Source: Bigelowiella natans CCMP2755 (taxonomy: Eukaryota > Protista > Cercozoa). From it: DNA of 64,000 bases. This document shows positions 42,707 through 54,103 of this stretch, piece after piece. Location of the stretch: assembly GCA_000320545.1 (NCBI GenBank), contig ADNK01000870.1, positions 135,619 through 199,618 of the forward strand, given 5' to 3'. A program made the translations under genes and the position numbers. Each line of letters starts with the position of its first letter. Positions within the stretch are counted from its first letter, which is position 1. The notes below the pieces were generated by a model that did no database searches, was not told the DNA's origin, and was given only the letters and a program-made list of their open reading frames with translations.

Positions 42707-42766
<60 letters not shown>

Positions 42767-43875
42767 CTCCTTCCTCCCTATACGTCTCTATATATGGCAC
42801 TCCTTACGTTGTCGGACCACCGTCATCGTCATCATCATCATCATCATCGTCATCATCATCATCAGGCCAGTTGGAGATAGCAAAGCATCAGCATCAGCAT
42901 CGAAGTCAGGAGGGGGGGCATCATCATCATCATCATTTTTAATGAGAATGTTGGATGGATCCTTTCTTTGGTCCTCCTCGTCATCTTCTTCGTCTTCTTC
43001 TGGATCATCACCAGCAGAGAAAGCACAACACATGGGGTTTGGCAAACGCTTAATGCGAAAGGCAGAAGAAATTGTAAGTCATTATTACCATCCATCATCT
43101 CTTTATTTCTTTTCCAGAATATGTTCTTGTCCTTGAGAGAAATCAATGTTATTGATAAAATATTGTTGGTTGATTGATTGGTTGATTGATTCATGTATGT
43201 ATGTATGTATGCATGCATGCATATTCATAGGCTGTGCAAAACAAATTTCCACGTGTTGCTGTCATTGCTGGAATCGGAACAAGAGAATACTACGCACGTA
43301 ATATTATGAGAAGAATTAGAAAGGCGAGGAGGAGGAGGAGGAGGAGAAGAAGAAGAAGAAGAAGAAGAAGAAGAAGAAAAAAGAACAACATATTTCAAGA
43401 CTACTTCCTTCATGATACTATGCTTCAACTATTTTTTAGATTTTATTTGTGTTGTAATGAGCCTAAGTAGTTGTCATCATTCATTATTGTGCTGATGATT
43501 TCCATCATGATTATCTACTACTAATTTGATCTTATGTCGTACATAGGGAGGGGATACCATCTTGAGGGGACCTACATGGTGAGAATAATTCAGAACTTTA
43601 TTAGAAAAGGGTGCTGTTATTCATCGAAAGTGTTGGTGATTGCATTCTCTCCCCTCTCCTCTCTCCTCCTCTCTGTTCCTAGGTGAAGGATCTTCAAGCA
43701 ACTATGTTAGGGTTTGATATGAGGATGGTACGTCAGCAAAATTTTATATTTAAAGCAAGAAAGGCAAAAAACGGTGTGAATTTTGTTTTAGGTCCGAGCT
43801 ATCTTGATAGTCTTCATAGCCATCATTAATGCGTACATTCTACAAACTTTGGCAACTGAAAGAGGGATGCATTAA
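35388..43875 (+). CDS. ELP3: Elp3-family radical SAM/KAT tRNA U34 modification enzyme with a C-terminal hydrophobic tail, many exons
   Basis: RSLSGVLVITVFTSPYP, FSCKHNCYYCPNEP (CxxxCxxC), IIGLTLETRPDTI, YGCTRVQVGIQHT, GFKIDYHLMPDLPG, ADQWKIYPCQTVPWT, LVRELHTYG, QHMGFGKRLM, AVIAGIGTREYY, GYHLEGTYM|VKDL. The last exon (43792-43875) is VRAILIVFIAIINAYILQTLATERGMH*. Confidence 0.92.
35592..35716. repeat. 62-bp tandem duplication in an Elp3 intron
   Basis: tgtacactcgtgtatttcgaataggttgagattaggggattattcgc(a/g)taaataccacgcac twice, with one mismatch. Confidence 0.95.
38185..38264 (+). repeat. 40-bp perfect tandem duplication spanning an Elp3 splice acceptor
   Basis: atgatgatctatccatctatcag|gataataggacttactc twice. 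Confidence 0.95.
38617..38975 (+). repeat. Minisatellite of 9 units of about 41 bp, each copying an Elp3 exon end and donor site
   Basis: cattcaacataca|gtaa(g/c)aacaacagcaacaacaac starting at about 38617, 38658, 38699, 38743, 38784, 38825, 38866, 38904 (GT lost) and 38933. Confidence 0.93.
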
Positions 43876-44159
43876 GCGGTGTCTTTCCTCTCTTACCGAC
43901 GCTTTAAAAAATAATGATTTGCTCATCTTCATCATGCTCTGGAATGATGTGGTTGTTGTGGATAAATTTATTATTCAACAACGACAGATTTGAAGTGTTA
44001 ATTTCTGTTTACGAAACATGCAAGAATCTTTTCACATTGAACAAGCGTCGTTTGGTTGCACGTGTGTGTGTACGTAGATTATCTTTTGTCGTATCCAACT
44101 ATCGCACGTCTGGACGTTCTAGCGTTAAGGGTTTGGCTTTTGCATTTTTGTGTATTCAC

Positions 44160-45400
44160 TGTCTCTAGCGCTGCCCATGCCTAGATGCCACTACTTCTCA
44201 TAAAATTTGATTTTTCAGAACAAGCCTGCAGCACTTATGATAGACACAGTAACATCATATATACATCATAGTACATGTATTATATTACATGTCTATCATC
44301 ACTGCTGCACTGATGAGCGAAGTCATGGCTAGTCTTAGTAACCAAAATGTGCATGATGAATGGGAAAGTTTAGAAGTAGCCGAACTTGAATGATGACTGC
44401 GGGAATTGCTAGATTGTGTTGTTGTTCTGTCTAGACATACGTAGCATGCAGTTCTAGCAGAGTGATGCTTGGCATGTTGTTTAGCTAGCTATAGAGACTA
44501 GGCAACTGTGCTTGCATGCATGTTGCACATTGAGACCATGGAATGCATTGATTGCATGCTAGCATGTTTTCAATGGTGCAATCCCAACAGGCTAACAATG
44601 TGGCTGTCTAGCTGTGCAGCACATCGCCCACGATGTAACGCTCATGTTGTCTAATTGTTATTCACAGTGTGCCAGAAAGCGACACGCGCGCTGCTAGGCT
44701 GCTAGCTGGTTAGCGTGTGTCGTAGCGGACGTCCCAGCACAGACAATTATAGCAGAGCACTCAAGCATTACTAGACTAGAGAAGGCAAAAAAACAATTCT
44801 TTGCATTGCACATGCAACTTTTCCAAAGAAAGTCTTTTTGAGACATGCAAGCTAGCAAGGCTAGATGGAAGGTTGTCGGCTTCATTTGCCGCTCTAGCAC
44901 TAGAGCACTCGAATGAAACCCTGCAGCGATTTCGCGTTGAAGATTTTGTCCACGTACCGTACAACCACGCTAGCTAGCTAGCTAGCTCGATCTGACATGC
45001 TAGCATGTCATGTGAGCTAGACAAGGCTAAAAATCGAAGGTCAGAAACTAGGCATGCCCCTTGTTATGGTGTTCGATTCTGTGAGACAGCAAGTGCGCTG
45101 ATGCATGAGATTTCACATGCTAGCATGTTTCAAGATTCAAGATGAGAACTAAAGAAGGCTACGACGCGCATTGTTCTGGCATTGCGCGCACGCATGTGCT
45201 AGCGCCGCGTGGCGGCATGCGCTAGATGTGTACATAATTGTGTCACATGCAGCGATGGCAACACATGACATGATAGTAATAGACCTAGTAACATCATGAC
45301 ATTCCTCATTTGTACAAGCTTGGCCAATACAGCAGCTAGGGAGCGAGCTAGCGACTTGCTGCGCATGTTTATTGCATGATGATCGATGCACATGGTAGAA
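44160..45400. other. Convergent intergenic tract rich in CTAG/CATG/TGCA, with partial loss of non-CTAG TA
   Basis: gctagctagctagctagctc, gcatgctagcatg and catgctagcatgtcatg between the Elp3 and BRR2 3' ends. Confidence 0.75.
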
Positions 45401-45483
45401 ACACTACTTCATATCAAATAAAATGTCAGCTTCATCGATCTAGTGTCTACAACTACTACTACCACTACTTAAAAAACAGATTT

Positions 45484-48400
45484 TCAGCTCTCATCTTCGT
45501 CTTCGTCATCGTCGTCTTCAGAATCGTCTTCCTCGCCTTCCGCAACTTTAATCTTGAGCTTGTATTCTTGATCGCAGCCAAGATACGAGTCACACATGAA
45601 AAACAGTTTGAAATCGTAGATTCCTTCAGCTGGCGCAATGAAGTCCAGCTTAGATTTGTGCATCTTTTTTCGCATTATGACCTTCTTAATTGACATGAGT
45701 TTATTTTTCTTCGGATCTCCGATCACAATCCACCAAGCTTCATTCTTAGGCTCTGGGTATCGTTGAGAATAGACTGGTTCTACCACGTTGACATTTTTGG
45801 AATCCTCCTCCTCATCATCCTCGTCATCAGCATCACGCTCCAACGCAACCAGGACCTCCACACGACTACCTGCTGTAATTTCTTCGGAGTCCACAACCTC
45901 ATACTTCAATTCGATATTTGGATAAGCGTTGCACATTGTCGCCACGTCGTCAAGCTTAGATGCAGACATTGAGCTCAAAAGTTCCAATCGATCATCATCC
46001 TCCATATCAAGAAGGTCAAAGATACTCTTGATTCCTGTCTTGTCACATTTGGCTGCAAGCTCCTTGGTCATGTGTGGAATTTGCAATAGTACCGAATCCG
46101 TGCTCCATATACCTTGGACAATCATTTGCGAGAGCTCCATCGCTGCAAGAGCAGGCTCAAGCCAACCGGCACTGCTGATCACATCCACAATAGCCGATAA
46201 CAGCCTTGAAGCAATGGGAAGGAGACCATCTCTGTCAGCTTGAATCGTTGGAGATAGATTTTGCCTTGAAAAATGCGACTGCAAGAGGAGATGGGTCTTC
46301 ACTGCGGGGCTGTGATATCCTACATCGGCCGCTACTTTAACAGGCATACGGCGAGCAAGTCTTTCCAGCGCTCTTTCTTCACCCTGTCGGAGTGGTATGG
46401 TTTCGAATTCACCGGCATGTGAGAGAATTTCCATGAGTCCTTTCATCTTCGTTCCCTTGGCGAGAGAAGAGTTAAAGAGCTCTACAGTCGAGTAGTTGAT
46501 GTAGTAGTATGAGGAGATCATGCCAAGATTAAGAGGTGCAAGGTCCATATCATCAACAGAAATGCATTTGGAGGATTCAAGGTCATTAAGTGTAGACTCA
46601 ACCAGCTCGGACAAGTGGTCAGAAAGATGGCGGTTTGAAGTTCCCTGTAGATTGTAGTAGTTCGGATTTTGGGTTAATCTTCTCCACATGAACGTCCATG
46701 TCATGTAGTCAACAGCATCCTGGAAAGTCTCAATTGTCTTTGTTCCAATCTCAGCGTTGAGATGGTTGTGCAAGAAGTGGTCCATGTGAGATTCGACAGG
46801 AAATGGTTCGTATAAGAATTTCTTGTAAAATTCCTTTTTAGGTGCGTAACAAAATATACTGCATTTTCCGTTGGTATCTTCTAGTGGGCGGCATGCGCGA
46901 CCCATCATCTGAACAACACTTGTGATTGGATAGTCTACATACCGATGTTCTGTGCCGTCATAGTACTGAGTACCCATAACGATTACTAAATGCGCTGCGA
47001 TCGTTAATCCCCAACATAATTTATGCTCTACGACTACAACTTGAATAGCCCCAGCACTGTATAACTCTTTGACAACATTTTTTTCGGTTTCCGTAAGACC
47101 AGTGTGAAGGATGCCTACCCCCTGAGCCAGAGTCTGCTTTAGCGTCTCGTTCTTAATTTGTTTCAGGTAGTCCTTCATATCTCCTTCATCTGCAATCAAA
47201 AATTTCTTTGCATCCTCTTCCGCTGCAGCGTAGTTGAGGAGCTCCACGGCGGTTCGGCCAGTTTGTTTACGTGAAGGAACGAAAACGATCACAGGCTTGC
47301 CCACAGATAGTCGCTTAACAGTCAAGTATGTTGGTTTGCTCATAGCCAACATTCTGGAGGGATGGTGATTAATTCCAAAGCCTTGTAGTCGAATCTCAAG
47401 GGGGACTGGCCTAACGTTAGGGTGAAAATTATAAAGGTGGGTGGAGGATGCACCAATCCAATCTCCCAAGTCCTTTGCATTCGCAACAGACGTTCCAAGA
47501 GCCACAACACGGATCTTGTTTTCAGTTTGGGCTGCGATGTAGCGCATACGAGAAACGATGACTTCCAAAACAGGCCCAACGTCACCACCGATCAGATGAA
47601 TTTCGTCAGCAATAAATAAACTCACAGTTTGTACGTCTTTCCTATTCTTCCATCTCCGCGACATAATATCCCATGCTTTTGGAGTTGAGATAACAATTTG
47701 TCCTTGTTTGAGGGTTCGAAGATCTTCTTGACCGCCTGTGAGCTTTACAACTCGAAGACCAAGGCCCTTTCCAAATTTGATTGACCAATCGTCATACCTT
47801 TCATCGGCTAACTCTTGCAAGGGTGCAATGTAAACACAGCGCCCACTACTCATTTTTTTTCCAGATGCCAATTGCGAAAGCATTCTTAAAACTGCAAGTT
47901 CAGCACAAACGGTCTTTCCAGAGCCTGTAGGAGCAGTGATCAACACGTTGCTGTCGCTCTTATACAGAGAATTGAAGGCTTGGGTTTGGATGGGGTTGAA
48001 TACTTTGTACTTTCCGCTGTAAAGTCTGATGAACTTTTCATTCTGCAATTCAGCAATTGAAAGGGGCTGCAGATCCAGCAACTCTGTTGGAGCAGCATAC
48101 CTTTCTGGCAAAATAAGATGCCTGAACGATACTGGTAACATACTAGTCGCTCCAAGCCATCGATCAGACATGACCCTGATGAAGTATTGAGGTGGCATTG
48201 GTTCGTATATTGGAATGGTGAAAGTAAGAGAATGCATTTCCTTCGAAAATTGTTCCTTTAGAATAAAGTATTCAGAGTGGAGAATCGTCTCCCCATCAAC
48301 ATCCTCAACCATAATCCAAAATGGTTCCGCGTAGCCATGAAGCTTCTTCTTAAAGTCGAAATCCGGAGTAATTGAAAGCTCTATCCTCAATACGGTGCGC

Positions 48401-51400
48401 GTGATTGGCTGAACGTGAGCCTGTAATTCGACACGGGGCAGCTGGTGTACACATCTGTGGATACGCTTACCCATGCTCGGGAAACGCACCAACTCGCCGA
48501 TTGCGTGTGGTTGCAGGTCATAAAGCCTGTCCCAGGAGAATTCTTTACCTTCAATTCTCTTAATAATTCCTGGTGGGATTCCTCGAAATTGTCGTAGGGG
48601 TGACTGAGCTCCCCACATTCTGTGGGATATCATATTACACAAGTTGAGACACTTGACAGCCGCGGCTGCCCATCCACGTTTTTGAGCTATTTCGAACATC
48701 GCGCGCATCACCCTACCAGCACTCTGTGTGATGTAAACCATGTCAGACATCAAAGCATATCCTTCGAGAGAAAGCCTGGAAATGTAAGCTTGTAGGAGCA
48801 CGTTGACTTTTGCGGATGGTTCATCTATCCCTTCTTTCACAGGAATTGGGACCTTGTCCAACAACCTTGCTAACTCAAGCTTCTCCTCACTTCTCACCGT
48901 TATAAACTGGAACTCGGAAGAGAGAGAGAATACTCTGAAAAGTTCTATATCACTCATATGAGGTTTCATGTATTCGTTAAATACAGCCATAGACTGGTGA
49001 GTGATGTAGTAGTGACTTGCTACAACTCCCAAATCCGTGACTTGGAAAGTCCCGGACTGACGATTGTATTTGATCATGTTATGCTTCTCGAGGGTTGATG
49101 CTGCACTATGAATCAAATCTACTCGGCGTTGTTCCAGCACGCTATCTGACTCCAGAGTTGAAGAGTCTACTGAGTAAAGATGGGGACTTCGGAGCATACG
49201 AACGTAAAGGTATGTATATCCTAACCACTGCACCGCTTCCTCTACGTTCTGCACAGTACCAAGTACTATTTCTGCGTTAAGATTATCTGCCATCTTCTTG
49301 ATATACTGGCTTTCAATAGGCAACTGCTCGTTGAGGAGTGAAAGATAGTAGTGGAGCTCTGAGTGGGATGTAATGAGGATGCCTTCCCCAAATTCGTCAT
49401 ACTGGGGACGGCCAGCTCGTCCCATCATTTGCATTATATCAAGAGGGCTCAGCTCCACCCAAGTCCCCTGTTCAGGGCTGTAAATCTGGGTTCCCTTTAT
49501 AATGACGCTGTGTGCGGGTAGATTTACTCCCCATGCCAACGTCGCCGTACACACTAAAACCTGAATATGGCGATCACCAAAAAGTTCCTCAACGAGTTGT
49601 CTATCTTCCTTTTTCATTCCAGCATGGTGAATAGCGAAGCCGTAAGGGAGCAATTCTTTGAGTCCTTCGTGTTTGACAGATTCGGATTCATCTTGGAGCA
49701 CGGCTCGATGACCAGAATCGTCATCAAGAAACTTTTGCAGCTCTTCTCTATCGAGAGCAGTGTCCCTTAGGAATTTTGCGGTCGTCAGAGTTTCCTTACG
49801 AGAATGCACAAAAACAAGGACCTGATTCTTACCAGCATTCTGTAAGACTTTATCGTAGCAAATCTCATTCATCATCTGATACCGCTTGAAAGCTTTCTTT
49901 GCAGTAACACCAATGTACTGTTGCGCCAAAGGGCATGGTCGATACGAATTATCGAAGAAAAATAACCCCTTTTTAGGACCATCAAGCTTGACGCGAAGGA
50001 ACATAGCTACATCTCGATAGTTCGGTAGGGTTGCACTTAAGCCCACAATTCTAATGAGTTGCTGCGTGCTTTCAGTCTGTCGAATTGAACGAGCAACGAT
50101 GCTTTCAAGGACTGGTCCCCGGGAATCATGAAGAAGGTGAATCTCGTCAATTATCACCAATTTTACAAGCTGTGTGTAGGTTCGCTCCCCGTTCTTTCTT
50201 GTAACGATGTCCCATTTCTCAGGTGTTACAATGAGAAGTTGCGTTTCATCGATTTGCGACTTTGTAAGTTGACTATCACCCGTGAGCTCTGCAACCTTAA
50301 TTCCGTAATCTTTTAGTCTCTTACCGAAGTTTAATACCATCTCTTGCGCCAAAGATTTCATTGGAGCGACATATATGATCTTGAAGGCATTCACATTGAT
50401 GCTACCATCCTTATTCATGTGCATGCCTATTTCTCGAAGTATCGTGAGAAGCGCACAATTTGTTTTTCCGGCACCAGTGGGGGCACAGATCAGCATGTTG
50501 TGAGAGGATTTAAAAGCGCATGGGTAAACGGCACTCTGAATCCGGTTTAGCTTCTCCATGCCTTTAAATGGCAACTGCGCCCATTCTGGGAGATCAGAGA
50601 AAGGTATGAGTTTCTCTCCCTTAGCAACTGGTTTCTTCTTCAAACATGGAATATGTACTTCTTGATAACCCTTTTTGTTCAGAATTTCAGAATTTTTCGG
50701 AAGTTTGCACTCTTTGGTTGACATGAAACGGGCTCCTTCCTGGAATGCAAGGGAGTCTAAATCAAGTAAAGCCTTGGGACGTTTATTCCAGAAGGTCTCA
50801 GATGTATCTGCTCCGCCATCATCTTGTTCCATTCTTGCATTTGCTTCTCTCATTGCCTCCCTTTGCTTAGCAGCATCCCTTTCCCCTGCAGTAGCTGTTT
50901 TCTTCAGCGCTTGCAAGATGGGAGCTAGTTTTGCATCCTTCGCCATTTCTTCTTCGATCTGGATTTTTTCATCTCCTTTGGCTCTCGCAAGCTTGATACA
51001 GTAAACAATTTTATGCCTGTTTTTTCTCAGTTTTCGAATGAAGCTGAACTTGTCGTAGTCGAGTTCCTCAACAAGCTGGTTTTCACATGCAACATCATTA
51101 TTTTCCGGATTCGACAGAATTATGTACACTCTTTCTGCGACACTAGCAGATGTGTGAGCATCCTTGTAGTATTCAGAAAGCTGACGTTGTAGCCAGAAAG
51201 CGTCAATAGATCGGACTTTGAGTTCGTCCTGCTTCTCAGTATCTGTGTCTTTCACATCTTCGTTGGCACTTTTAGACGATATTTTAAAAGTTCGGTCTGC
51301 TTCGACACCCTCCTCTACCATATCCTCTTCTTTTACTTCGTCAAGACCGCTATCTTCATCGTCTTCATCTGCATCAAATATCACAGGAACCTCGATTTCT

Positions 51401-52208
51401 TCATCCATTCCTTTTTTTTCGTCCTCGGCCTGTAAATCAAAAGCTTCAGATAAAAAAGAGATTAATACAAACAAAGGGAGTCTAGACCTGGTGGGTCTCC
51501 AGTTGGGCGGTATAATCCGTTATTTTTTTCGACACGTTAAGAAATCTTCCAAAGCGCTCGTCGTCCATGCCCTTCGATTTGCCGAAAAGGGCACCGAGGT
51601 CTTTACGTTGCTCTTTTTGCTTGACGTTATCCTCTTTCATGATTGCTAGGACTTCATCAGCTGCGCTCTGTAATACATCGTGGGGCTTATCCCCCATCTC
51701 TTTTTGGATGAGATTCAGCAGCATCTCGTAGGCTTGTTTTGTGTCTCTTGTTTGTGGGCGGTAGAACGCGTCCACTTGGGCATTCAGCACGTTCATCGAT
51801 GCATCTATCTGTCGCGCTTTCGCTCGGGACGCCGCTCCAACTCCCTGTTCCAAATCCTTCTTCTTTTTTTGTCTTTTTTTCAGGCGTTCCTGCATAAATA
51901 GGTTTACGCATCACTCGTAAAGAAAAAATCCAATAATAAATGGCAATGCCCACCTGCAGTTCATCCGGACGACCACGGTTGATTTTATCTCCCATTTTCG
52001 TGAGGAGTTCCTTGGTGCTAAACCTGTCCCTGAGAGTAGTTACCTCTCCAGTCGGCTCCGAGTCCCGGGGTCTCTTCCCTCTCTCGAGCTGGAGAACGAG
52101 GTTGGAGTTCTGCAACATAACATGGAGCATGAAAAAAAGTGAAAGAATACGACTCCCACACCGCTACATTACCGCTCGATACTCATAAGTCCTCTTGTTA
52201 TCCCCCAT
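45484..52208 (-). CDS. SNRNP200: U5 snRNP 200 kDa helicase Brr2, 4 exons
   Basis: MGDNKRTYEYRA|NSNLVLQ...DSEPTGEV. Two Ski2-like helicase cassettes (APTGAGKT/DEIH and APTGSGKT/DEIH) with Sec63 regions, ending FMCDSYLGCDQEY. Exons 52208-52173, 52109-51954, 51889-51488 and 51429-45484. Confidence 0.98.
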
Positions 52209-52507
52209 GATTCCTCGATGGGTATTTCAATTGGTTCTCCAACAGGACGGTTAGCTTCCTCGTTCTTGTTCTCTGCTCCTTGCGCACAAGATTGGTCTTC
52301 TGTGTAGATCGTGTCTCCTCCTCTGCGCACCACGAGTAAGTTGGAAAGATTATGGTTTCGAATTTCCCTCTAATTTTATGGAGCGACTGGCACACCTGCC
52401 AATATTCTTCAAGAAAAACCCGAATTATCAGTGGCCCAACATTCTCGCACTCGACTTTCAGACATTTCAAAAAAACTGCGCAATGAGCTGATGAGAATTA
52501 ATGGATA

Positions 52508-53790
52508 GATCTTGAAATTGCGACAAAAGGATTCCATTGATTTTGAAGGGAATTTCATTTTGAATTTCAGAGATTTTGCACCCCCATGACCTTTCAAATT
52601 GTCAAAATGCAGTGCATTTTCGAATCTCCATGGCTTTACGAATCTCGGTTTGAGTCAGTTCGAGGCACATTCAGTCCCTCACTGAAGCCAGTTCGAAGCA
52701 CTGCATTTCGCACACTGCAAGTGTCTTGTCACACTTTGGAAATGCAGTTTTCCATCATTGTTCTCATTGATGTGGGGAGTGTGACGTCTGTCACAGGTCA
52801 CTTGCTTTGTTTGGTGCCTCTCTCCTCCGTGAGGCAATTCCTTCACCGATGGTTCTGACTGTCATTTCAGAACCGCAACGTGTTGTTGGTTGTTGGGTGT
52901 TGCCCTCTGGTGGCCTGGACAAGGATCGCCTCATCGACATGTTGAGCCTTCTGGACTTTGCTGGCTTCGGGAAGTTTGTTCGTGATGCACAATCTCGAGC
53001 TCACCTTGTCCACCTGTGCACACAGCTCCAGAGCACCAGAGCTTGTTGGCAGTGCTCACGTGCAGCAGCACGTTTTGTTCCAGTGTTGGAACAGAACCAA
53101 TGACAGAACATCGAACGAACACGAATCATGTTGTGTCTTGAATCTTGAACCTGTGAACATGAACTTTGTCACAGAGACACAGTGTTTGTGCACGTGACGT
53201 TGGAGAGGACTGGAGGACACACGCACAGAGCTGGAGAGAGACAGTGTCATGTTGACGTCTGCAATGTGCACGTGTCATTTTGTCTCTTTGTTGCTCTGGT
53301 TCACTTGAAAGCCCCAGACAGAACCCTCAATTTGTCTTGGTGATCGAGTTGGTTGCCGCTCTAGCGCTCCGCTTGCTAGCTTGGAACCACTCTTCATGGT
53401 CTTCTTCGTCTCACTTTCATTTTTCATCGTGCGGCATTCTGACTTCCTCCAGTCCTTCATTTTCAGGATGTGTGGACGATTCAGCACGTCCGATGGCTCT
53501 TTCAGGTCCTCTCTTTGAACCACTTCGTTCGTTCGTTCGCTCACTCAACAAAAGCATGCCTCTAGACCTTTCTGTGGTTTTCCTCGTCCTGAACCACCAC
53601 TGCTAGACTGGATCAGACCAGTCGACGAGAACAACAAATGTGCAAATGCACGCACATTCCCACAACCGCTTCAACCAATGAAAGTGCAATGGATGTTGAT
53701 CTGGTCTAGCATTCGGCCATGATGGCACGATCAACAAGTCTAGAAGTGTCAGGGGATGATGTTGATCGTCTGTCGTCTGCATGCTGAAAA
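52508..53790. other. TpA-depleted intergenic tract (about 720 bp with no TA)
   Basis: Manual scan: no TA from 52639 to 53361. Over 52508-53790 there are 7 TA, 6 of them in CTAG. Confidence 0.92.
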
Positions 53791-54103
53791 TAAAGAGCCG
53801 CCAGCCGCCAGCCGCCAGCCGCCAACTGTGGCAGAGTGAGAGCAATGGGCTAGGAGGGCTCGTTATGCATGACGGCATGACAGCCAGATGCCATGCAGCG
53901 TTTACATACTTGTGAACACATCAATTGCAAAATGTGCATCCACACTCTATGCTAGCCTAGTAATAGTGCTCATCGCGCGCGATGCATGTGTGTGGCTGCT
54001 TTGCACCTTTGTGCACCGTGTCATGCTGCAGATGACGAGTGTTGCCTGTATTTGGGAATGTAATCCATTTTTAAAACATTGATGTAGGAAATCAATCAGT
54101 TGT

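Noticed and set aside
52586-53878. Overlapping ORFs suggesting a gene or transposon
   Set aside because: Same stop-codon depletion artefact. I saw no transposase or RT motif, terminal repeats or target-site duplication, although a heavily mutated ancestor cannot be excluded.
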